Assembly: GCA_017539425.1 (NCBI GenBank)
Contig: JAFYHA010000020.1
Location: forward strand, 1 to 52,197
Length of the DNA: 52,197 nucleotides
Direction of reading: 5' to 3'
From: Clostridia bacterium
GTDB taxonomy: Bacteria; Bacillota; Clostridia; Oscillospirales; CAG-272
Of the stretch, positions 44,125 to 52,197 are shown piece after piece (the first letter of the stretch is position 1; every line of letters starts with the position of its first letter). A model generated the notes under the pieces. It had not been told where the DNA came from. It saw only the letters and a list, made by a program, of their open reading frames with translations, and made no database searches. The translations under genes and the position numbers were made by a program.

Positions 44125-47100
44125 ATGCAATCATTCTCTAAGATCACCTGTTCCTGGCTGCTTGTCCTTCTGGCTGCAGCGCTGATCCTGACCGGATGCT
44201 CGTTTGGCGAGGCCGTTCCAAAGCCTTCCGAGAGTACGGAAACGCAAAGCGAAACACGGGAGGACGCACCGTCTGAATCCCGGGTACCGGAAACCGGAGA
44301 ACCGGGGAGCAGCGAGACACAGAGTCCGGAAACCGGCAAGACCACGGAGACAGACCGTGCGACCGAAACCGAAAAGTCATCCGAATCCGAGTCCGGAAAA
44401 CCGGTCAGCACCGAAACGGAAAGGCAGACCGAAACGGAAACCGACAAACCGACCGAGACCGAGACGGATCCGTCCTCCGGCCCCGTGATCTATAACATCA
44501 TTCCGGATTGTTCCTGGGGCAACGATACCCGCACGACGGCCGAGGGCGAGTATATGCTCGGTGACGGGGTATACCAGGTCACATTCAAGGCCATTGACGT
44601 CAGCGGCATGAAGTATCTGGAACTGGATCTGTACGTCCCGGATGCGACTAATATCAAAAAGCTGACTGGCAACACACAGTTTGAGATCACCTCCTCGGGC
44701 ATCTATGACAAGGAGGAATACAACTGGACCGCGGGATCCTTCTTCAATGGCGTGAACATCGTGAACGGTTGGAACCACATCAAGAAGAATCTGCCAAAAA
44801 GTTCTGACTGCAATATGACCAGGGTGAATTTCATGCGCTGGTACTGGGTCTCACCCGCAAGCACCATTCCGGGCTGCAAGATCGCCAACCTCAGGTTCAC
44901 CACGGACGGCAGCGTTGAGCCCGAACGGGAGGTCTATGAGTTCACACCGATGGATCCGTTCATTCCAATGACCGCCTATCCCACCGAGGACGTACCGGTG
45001 GCGCTCATCGACCTGACCAAGGCACCGTATAACGCCGATTCGACAGGGCAGCAGGATGTCACGAACAAGCTCAACGCGGCCCTGAAACATGCCCTGGCGC
45101 TGGGCGGAGGCACCGTGTTCCTGCCGGCCGGGAAATACAGGATCACCGATACGATCAGCATTCCGAGTATGTGACGCTCCGCGGCGACTGGCAGAATCCG
45201 GATACCGGAACCGAGTACGGGACCGTGATCCTGGCGGACGTCAAGTCCGAAGAAGCTACCGGAGACAACTCGCTGTTCTATCTGGCCGGTTCCGCGGGTG
45301 TATACGGGCTGACCGTGTACTATCCCGGGCAAAGCCTGACGAACGTAAAACCGTATCCCTTCACCTTCTATACCGGCGACCAGATGCTGGCCAGCGTACA
45401 GTACTGCACGGTCATCAACGGATACCAGGGTGTCGGAGCCTGTGCACTGAACGGGGTCCACGAGATGTTCACGCTGGATCATTTCTACGGAACGTTCCTC
45501 AAGACCGGTGCGGAACTCCGGAATTCTTCGGATGTAGGCACCTGCCAGTCGGTGTATGTCAATCCGAAATACTGGGCGGAGAGCCCCCTGAATCCGGCGC
45601 AGGTGAAACTCGCGGATATCCAGACATACACGCGGGCCAACACGATCGGACTGCTCATCGGAGACCTGGAGTGGACCGAGTTTACGGACATCCAGATCGA
45701 AAGCTGCAAGTACGGCGTCCAGATCACCAAGGGCGTGCGGATTGATTTCGCAGGGTCCTTCTTCGGATCTTCCATTCAGAATTGTGGAACGGCCGTCAAA
45801 CTGGATGCGCTGGATACCCGCTGGGGCATGACCATTGCCAATACGACGCTGGGCGGAAGCGACTACAGCCTGCTGAACAGTTCCGGCGGGATCGTCAAAA
45901 TGGTCAACGTTACGGCCAGTTCCAAGATTCAGGGCAGCGTGACCCGCGAGACGGCGACAGGGTTTGCCGGTTACGAGATTCCGTCCCGGACCTATGTCAA
46001 GCCCGCGGCCAAGCTCTACGTCTTCGACGGGGACAAAACCGGCGCCAGCGATGTGTCCGCATCCCTGCAGGCCCTGCTTCAGACGGCGTCCGCGACAGGC
46101 GGTGTGGTCTATCTGCCCGGCGGATACTATCTGCTGAACCAGGCCATCACGGTGCCGAGCGGCGTTGAACTCCGGGGCAGCGCGGGATCTCCTGCACGCG
46201 ACCAGAGCCGACTCACTAAAGGAACGGTCATCCTGGCCACATACGGCGACTCATCGGCAGCGACCATCGACCAGCCGGCCCTGATCACCCTGCAGACCCG
46301 TTCGGGCATCCAGGGAATCCGGATCGCATTCTACAAGAACGGGCCGCTCAACAACGCAAACGTCAACACCGTGTACGCGATCCGGGGGACAGGCGCGGAT
46401 GTATACTGTGTGAACTGTGCGATCCTCGCGGCTGCCCACGGCGTGGACTTCAGCAACTGCGACCGTCACTATATCCGTAAACTGGTCACAGCCTGCTACT
46501 ACAACACGATGAAGGTCGGCGGAAACGACGGCATCGTCGAAGGATGCCTGCAGAACGGGACGGTGATGCAGCGAATCTCCAGCACCTTCTTCTCCAAGTG
46601 CGAGAACTGGATCACGGGGGATACGCTCTTCAACGGATTCTTCGATCCCATCACACGCAAGGTCCTGGCATATCTGATCATCGGGGACGGAACCAATCAG
46701 CTGGTATATAACACATTTGCGTACGGACCGTACGATTTTCTGACCAATCAGGGCAATACCGGGGCGGTCGCGCTGAACGTCGGGTCCGACAACATAGGCG
46801 GAACGCAGACGGTTCAGCAGTCCGGCAGCCTGACTGTGGCCGGCGCACTGCGCTGGAACGGACGCTCCTATCAGCTCAAGGGCGGAAGCCTGAACCTGTA
46901 TGCCCGCCTGACCATCAACAACAAGGACGAGGGTAAGGAAGAACTCGTCTACACGCCCACAGATCCGGGCACCCCGGTCACGGTGGTGAAACCCAACACC
47001 CCCTGGGCGAACGCGACGAAGGACAATCCGAGTTCGGCATTCAAAATGGGTGACAGCGTCAACGGATTCAAATTTGACGCAGTGGACCTGAGCGAGATGA

Positions 47101-47399
47101 ACTTCATCGAGTTCGACCTGTATGTGCCGTCTGTGGACAATCTGAACCAGATCACCACGAATTCCGAGTTCGAGATCTCCTCTTCCGGGACCTGCGACGT
47201 GCAGGAGCACCAGTGGGCCGGAGGCACGTTCCTCAACGGGCAGAACATCCAGGCGGGCTGGAACCACGTGAAGGTCGGACTGAGCGGCCTGTCCGGTACC
47301 AATCCCGAGAACATCAACTGGATCCGCTGGTATTGGGTGGAGCCGAAAGCCACCATCAGCGGATGCAAAGTGGCCAACCTGCGGTTCACCGCAAGTTGA
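44125..47399 (+). pseudogene. Lipoprotein with two pectate-lyase-3/GH55-type beta-helix modules flanked by duplicated beta-sandwich domains; split by a 1-nt frameshift at ~45169 (ORFs 44125-45174 and 45171-47399)
   Basis: Lipobox LTGC; T/E/S linker; ADSTGQQDVT..GGGTVFLPAGKY..IPS | VTLRG continues in another frame; second module DKTGASDVS..GGVVYLPGGYY..VPSGVELRG; could be an assembly error rather than a true pseudogene. Confidence 0.75.
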
Positions 47400-47415
47400 G
47401 CCTCGCAAAAGAATA

Positions 47416-47459
47416 GCCATTCGGCCGGAGAGACGGTGATGTCCCTCCGGCCGATTGGC
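47416..47459. terminator. Hairpin between convergent genes
   Basis: GCCA.TCGGCCGGAG ... CTCCGGCCGA.TGGC followed by GTTTT. Confidence 0.65.
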
Positions 47460-47472
47460 GTTTTCCGGTTGG

Positions 47473-48156
47473 TTACTTGTTGGTTTTGCGCAGTGCCGTG
47501 GATGACTCGGCGGTCCGGTCGGACGGCTCGGGCTCGGGTTCCGGGTCTTCGTCGGGTTTGACGTCGTCGATCATCATCTGGACGTCCTCCTGGGCCTTTT
47601 GCCGGTCCAGCTCGGTCATACGCAAGATGAAGACGGCGCCCGCCAGTGTCAGGGCGGAGACCACAATGAACGAGATACCGATAAACAGATTGGAACTGTC
47701 TCCGGATTTGAACGGGTTGATGAGGATCACGGCGCCGAGTGCCAGCTTGATCACGGCCAGCATCAAATCGACCCACCAGTAGTTCTTGTGCAGGCGGGCC
47801 TTGTCTATGGTGTGCTGAACCTTGTTCAGACCGAACAGGATCATCACGGCGCCGAACAGGTACACGACCCACTGGTTCACGGCGGCGAATACACCGTTGT
47901 GTCCGATCGTGCAGAGCAGGCCGATCAGAACAAAGGCGATACCGGTGACCAGATCGGTCCCGGAAGCGGCCTCTTCCGCTTTTTCGGTAATGTAGGTATA
48001 GATGTCCTTCAGGCCGAGAATGATGGAGATGATCCCGAGCAGGATGATCAGACCCATCGTCATTTCCTTAGGCATGATCAGGAAGAATATGCCGATGGTC
48101 AGTTCCAGCGCGAAGAAAATCAGATCCCGGATCACTTCGTTGAACTTTTTGAACAT
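47473..48156 (-). CDS. DUF308/HdeD-like membrane protein
   Basis: Six TM helices with repeated G.....P pattern (LGAVILINPF); ATG 48156 after GAGGTG. Confidence 0.75.
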   Translation of the reverse strand: MFKKFNEVIRDLIFFALELTIGIFFLIMPKEMTMGLIILLGIISIILGLKDIYTYITEKAEEAASGTDLVTGIAFVLIGLLCTIGHNGVFAAVNQWVVYLFGAVMILFGLNKVQHTIDKARLHKNYWWVDLMLAVIKLALGAVILINPFKSGDSSNLFIGISFIVVSALTLAGAVFILRMTELDRQKAQEDVQMMIDDVKPDEDPEPEPEPSDRTAESSTALRKTNK

Positions 48157-48237
48157 AACGAGCACCTCGTTTGGAGTGATTGTCGCTTAAACTCTACCAC
48201 AGACGCGGGTCTGAGTCAAGACAAAAACGGGGGATGC

Positions 48238-49311
48238 TCAACCGATTTTGCCGGCCACCAGGGAGCCCATTTCCGAGCACAGGACCTTTTTTGTGCCCTC
48301 GGCCCAGATGTCTCCGGTCCGGTACCCTTCGTCCAGAACCGTGTTCACGGCCTGTTCGATCGAGTCCGCTTCCTTGGCCATCGCGAAGGAATAGCGGAGC
48401 ATCATTGCCGCGGAGAGAATGGTGCCCAGGGGGTTTGCAATGTTCATTCCGGCGATGTCCGGAGCGGATCCGTGGATCGGTTCGTACATGCCCAGAGTGC
48501 CGTCCGAGAGGGAGGCGGAGGGCATCATCCCGATCGATCCGGTCAGCATGGAAGCCTCGTCGGACAGGATGTCGCCGAACATGTTCTCGGTCACGATGAC
48601 GTCAAACTGCGCTGGGTTCCGGATCAGCTGCATCGCGGTGTTGTCCACCAGGATGTCCGAATAGGCGACATCCGGATACTCTTCGCTCAGCTCGTGCATA
48701 ATGCGGCGCCACAGACGGGAGGTATCCAGCACGTTGGCCTTGTCCACGGAGGCCAGCTTGCCCCTGCGCAGACGGGCGGTTTCGAACGCGACCCGTCCGA
48801 TGCGGCGGATCTCGCTTTCCCGGTAGGTCATGTCATCATGGGCGGCGACCTCTCCGTCTTCTTCACCCGTGAACCGCTTTCCGAAATACACGCCGCCCGT
48901 CAGTTCGCGTACGATGAGAAGGTCAATGCCGCCTCCGATTACAGACGCTTTCAGGGGCGAAGCTTCGGCGAGCTGCGGAAAGAGTTTTGTGGGACGGAGA
49001 TTGGCGAACAGGCCCAGTGTCTTGCGGACGGCCAGAAGCGCCTTTTCCGGGCGAATCTGGGGAGGGCAGTTGTCCCACTTCGGGCCGCCGACCGCGCCGA
49101 GCAGGACCGAATCCGCCTGCAGGCAGGTCTGCATACCCTCGTCCGTGATCGGGACGCCGTATTTGTCGATCGAGCAGCCTCCGATGTCCACGTAGGTATA
49201 GTCAAAAGAATGCCCGTAAACGGCCGCCACGCGGTCCAGGACCTTGACGGCCTCCCGGATGATCTCCGGCCCGATGCCGTCACCGGCCAGAACGGTAATA
49301 CGCTTGTCCAT
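48238..49311 (-). CDS. leuB: 3-isopropylmalate dehydrogenase
   Basis: [54 protein letters not shown]. Confidence 0.97.
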   Translation of the reverse strand: MDKRITVLAGDGIGPEIIREAVKVLDRVAAVYGHSFDYTYVDIGGCSIDKYGVPITDEGMQTCLQADSVLLGAVGGPKWDNCPPQIRPEKALLAVRKTLGLFANLRPTKLFPQLAEASPLKASVIGGGIDLLIVRELTGGVYFGKRFTGEEDGEVAAHDDMTYRESEIRRIGRVAFETARLRRGKLASVDKANVLDTSRLWRRIMHELSEEYPDVAYSDILVDNTAMQLIRNPAQFDVIVTENMFGDILSDEASMLTGSIGMMPSASLSDGTLGMYEPIHGSAPDIAGMNIANPLGTILSAAMMLRYSFAMAKEADSIEQAVNTVLDEGYRTGDIWAEGTKKVLCSEMGSLVAGKIG

Positions 49312-49315
49312 AGAT

Positions 49316-49804
49316 TCAAGACTCCTTGGAAATAGATTTGAGCAGGCCGCCTTTTTCAATGATCTCCTGGATGAAGGGCGGAAAAGGCTGGGCCGTATAG
49401 GACTCGTTCTTCGTCAGGTTGGTGATGACGCCCGTGTCGAAATCGATGCGGACCTCATCTCCGTTTTCGATTTTCCGGCTGGCCTCCGGGCATTCCAGGA
49501 TGGCCAGGCCGATGTTGATGGCGTTGCGGTAGAAAATACGGGCGAACGTGTCCGCGATGACCGCGGAGATCCCGCTTTCCTTGATGGCGATCGGCGCGTG
49601 CTCACGGGAACTGCCGCATCCGAAGTTGGCGCCTCCGACCAGGATGTCGCCCGGACGGACGCGGGACGCGAACGAGGCATCCAGATCCTCCATGCAGTGC
49701 TTGGCGAGTTCGCGGTGGTCCGCCGTGTTGAGATAACGGGCGGGGATGATGACGTCGGTGTCGACGTTGTCGCCGTATTTATGGACTTTGCCCTGTGCCA
49801 GCAT
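49316..49804 (-). CDS. leuD: 3-isopropylmalate dehydratase small subunit
   Basis: [35 protein letters not shown]. Confidence 0.96.
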   Translation of the reverse strand: MLAQGKVHKYGDNVDTDVIIPARYLNTADHRELAKHCMEDLDASFASRVRPGDILVGGANFGCGSSREHAPIAIKESGISAVIADTFARIFYRNAINIGLAILECPEASRKIENGDEVRIDFDTGVITNLTKNESYTAQPFPPFIQEIIEKGGLLKSISKES

Positions 49805-49816
49805 AAGCGTACCTCC

Positions 49817-51076
49817 TTATTCCGCGGACGGGCACACGATATGTCCCGCCAGCGCGCTGGCCGCGGCCGTGGCCGGCGAAGCCAGATAGATCTTGGATGT
49901 GATGTGTCCCATCCGCCCCACAAAGTTGCGGTTGGTGGTCGCGACGGCCACTTCATTCTCGGCCAGAATGCCCATATAGCCGCCCAGGCACGGACCGCAG
50001 GTGGGAGTCGAAACGGCGCAGCCGGCCTCGATGAAGGTTTCCAGGTAGCCGCGCTTCAGGCATTCCAGATAGACAGCCTGTGTGGCCGGGATCACGATGC
50101 AGCGCACCCCGGGTGCAATGTGCTTGCCGCGCAGGATACCGGCGGCGGTCTCCATGTCCGAGATGCGCCCGTTCGTGCAGGAACCGATGACGACCTGGTC
50201 GCAGACCACGTCGGTCAGTTCGGACGCGGGTTTCGTGTTTTCCGGCAGATGAGGGCAGGCCACGGTGGGGACGATGGCGGACAGGTCGATCGTGATGACC
50301 TTGTCATAAACCGCGTCCGGATCCGGAGCATAGGCCTTGAAGGGATGGCGTACGCGGCCCTTGCAGTAGGCCTCCGTGATTTCGTCGTATTCGAAAATGC
50401 CGTTCTTGGCGCCCGCTTCGATCGCCATGTTGGCAATGCAGAGGCGGTCGTCGATGGACAGGGAAGACAGCCCGGGTCCGCCGAACTCCATGGACTGGTA
50501 CAGAGCCCCGTCCACGCCGATCTGTCCGATGATGGACAGGATGACATCCTTGCCCGAGCAGGGCTTGTTCAACTTCCCGACCAGTTCAAACCGGATCGCG
50601 GAAGGCACCTTGAACCAGGCTTCTCCGGTCGCCATTCCGGCGGCCATGTCCGTGGAGCCCACCCCGGTGGAAAAGCCGTTCAGGGCTCCGTATGTGCAGG
50701 TGTGGGAATCCGCGCCGATGATGCAGTCACCGGGGCCGACCAGGCCTTTTTCCGGGAGCAGGGCGTGCTCGATGCCCATTTCACCGACGTCGAAATAGTT
50801 CTGGATACGGAAGGACTTGGCAAACGCGCGGCACTGTTTGGTCTGCTGCGCGGCCTTGATGTCCTTGTTGGGTACGAAATGGTCCATCACGAGCGCGATC
50901 TTGGCCGTGTCGAAGACCGAGGTGAAACCGTGCTTTTCAAATTCGTTGATGGCGACCGGGGAGGTGATGTCATTCCCCAGCACCAGATCCAGTTTGGCGC
51001 GGATCAGCTGGCCGGCCGAGACCGACGGAAGCCCCGCGTGAGCCGCCAGGATCTTCTGTGTCATTGTCATTCCCAT
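49817..51076 (-). CDS. leuC: 3-isopropylmalate dehydratase large subunit (LeuC2/HacA type)
   Basis: [35 protein letters not shown]. Confidence 0.96.
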   Translation of the reverse strand: MGMTMTQKILAAHAGLPSVSAGQLIRAKLDLVLGNDITSPVAINEFEKHGFTSVFDTAKIALVMDHFVPNKDIKAAQQTKQCRAFAKSFRIQNYFDVGEMGIEHALLPEKGLVGPGDCIIGADSHTCTYGALNGFSTGVGSTDMAAGMATGEAWFKVPSAIRFELVGKLNKPCSGKDVILSIIGQIGVDGALYQSMEFGGPGLSSLSIDDRLCIANMAIEAGAKNGIFEYDEITEAYCKGRVRHPFKAYAPDPDAVYDKVITIDLSAIVPTVACPHLPENTKPASELTDVVCDQVVIGSCTNGRISDMETAAGILRGKHIAPGVRCIVIPATQAVYLECLKRGYLETFIEAGCAVSTPTCGPCLGGYMGILAENEVAVATTNRNFVGRMGHITSKIYLASPATAAASALAGHIVCPSAE

Positions 51077-51091
51077 GTGGGGAGACCTCCT

Positions 51092-52197
51092 TTACGTGAG
51101 ACCGCCCAGATGGCGGTTGATGGCAGAGAACAGGGCGCGGACGGAGGACATCAGGATATCGTCATCCACCCCGACACCGTAGGAAAGGGAACCGTCTTCG
51201 CAGCGGAAACTGACGTAGGACGCGGCCTTGGCGTCCGTCTTGGAGAAGGACGATACGTCCAGCGCGTGCTCCTGGTAGGTCAGGTCGCTGTATACGAACC
51301 CGTACTGTTCGACCAGGGCGGAGGACAGGGCGTCCAGCCGCCCGTTTCCGATTCCGGAGAACGAGGAGATCGTGCCGTTGTATTCAGCCGTGACGTCCGC
51401 CCGCATCTTGTCGTCCACGTGCGCAAAATGGCAGTCGATCAGTTTCAGCGGGGCCGAAACGTTCACGAACTGTTCGCTGAAGATCTGGAAAACCTCTTCG
51501 GGTTTGAGCTCCGCGTGGCGGTGGTCCGAAACGGACTTGACCGCATAGCTGACGGATTCGCGCATCTTGGGCGGAAGCTGGTAGCCGTAATAGTGCTCCA
51601 GCAGATACCCGATGCCGCCTTTGCCGGACTGGGAGTTGATGCGGATGACGCTGGTCTCGTATTCCCGCCCGACGTCCGCCGGATCGATCGGCAGATAGGG
51701 AACCGTCCACTCGGTGCAGTTGTGTTCCTTCCGCCACTGCATGCCCTTGGCGATGGCATCCTGATGGGAACCGGAGAAGGCCGCGAAAACCAGCGCGCCC
51801 GAGTAGGGAGAACGCTCATAGACATGCATTCTCGTCACCCGCTCGTACAGCTCACAGATCGAGGGCATATCCGAGAAGTCCAGTTCGGGCTCCACGCCCT
51901 GGGCGTACATATTCAGGGCCAGGGTGACGATGTCCACGTTTCCGGTTCGTTCTCCGTTGCCGAACAGCGTGCCTTCCACGCGGTCCGCACCGGCCAGCAG
52001 ACCCATTTCGGTATCCGCCACGCCGCATCCGCGGTCGTTGTGCGGGTGAAGGGACAGGGCCACGGCGTCCCGGTATTTGAGGTGGTCGCTCATATATTCG
52101 ATCTGGCTGGCGTAGACGTGGGGCATGGACAGCTCCACGGTGACCGGCAGATTGATGATGGCTTTATGGTCCGGAGTGGGCTTCCAGATGTCCAGGA
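51092..52197 (-). CDS. leuA: 2-isopropylmalate synthase (5' part beyond the window edge)
   Basis: SLHPHNDRG, GTLFGNGERTGNVD, AFSGSHQDAI, IRINSQSGKGG, GNG.LDA regulatory domain; frame open to the window end. Confidence 0.95.
   Translation of the reverse strand, partial: LDIWKPTPDHKAIINLPVTVELSMPHVYASQIEYMSDHLKYRDAVALSLHPHNDRGCGVADTEMGLLAGADRVEGTLFGNGERTGNVDIVTLALNMYAQGVEPELDFSDMPSICELYERVTRMHVYERSPYSGALVFAAFSGSHQDAIAKGMQWRKEHNCTEWTVPYLPIDPADVGREYETSVIRINSQSGKGGIGYLLEHYYGYQLPPKMRESVSYAVKSVSDHRHAELKPEEVFQIFSEQFVNVSAPLKLIDCHFAHVDDKMRADVTAEYNGTISSFSGIGNGRLDALSSALVEQYGFVYSDLTYQEHALDVSSFSKTDAKAASYVSFRCEDGSLSYGVGVDDDILMSSVRALFSAINRHLGGLT

Noticed and set aside
48238-52197. leuC2/leuD as homoaconitase or another novel pathway
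   Set aside because: Flanked by leuA and leuB; an ordinary leucine operon

Overview
A chromosomal window of about 55-60% GC (by eye) from an anaerobic Bacillota/Clostridia-type bacterium, judged from sigma-A promoters, GGAGG RBSs, a class I LysRS and a sortase-type anchor. No transposase, integrase, phage gene or CRISPR array was seen. Contents from left to right: a PIG-L deacetylase and NagB-like pair; a DHH phosphoesterase; a class I LysRS with an appended tRNA-binding OB domain; a three-gene minus-strand unit (membrane-anchored transcobalamin-like DUF4430 protein, small helical protein, membrane-anchored SARM1-like TIR protein); gtrA-like, cysS and a flavin reductase; two tRNA-Ser genes; a membrane EAL phosphodiesterase; a GH31; an Opp/Dpp-type ABC operon; an 18-gene, ~13 kb bacterial microcompartment (BMC) operon (37870 to 24978); an acyl-CoA synthetase; a cobalamin riboswitch with a sortase-anchored DUF4430 gene; a divergent pair of unusual carbohydrate-active genes (an FGE-like/glycoside hydrolase fusion and a frameshifted beta-helix lipoprotein with a duplicated unknown beta-sandwich domain); a DUF308 protein; and leuA(partial)-leuC-leuD-leuB. 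The strongest candidate for an undescribed system is the aldolase-type (PVM-like) BMC. It has no B12-dependent or glycyl-radical signature enzyme. It carries a tandemly duplicated, apparently inactive class II aldolase that keeps its encapsulation peptide, and a ParA plus small Trp-tailed partner resembling an McdAB positioning system. The orphan membrane-TIR module and the membrane-tethered transcobalamin-like protein are the next best candidates. All functional calls come from motif recognition by eye; no database searches were run.
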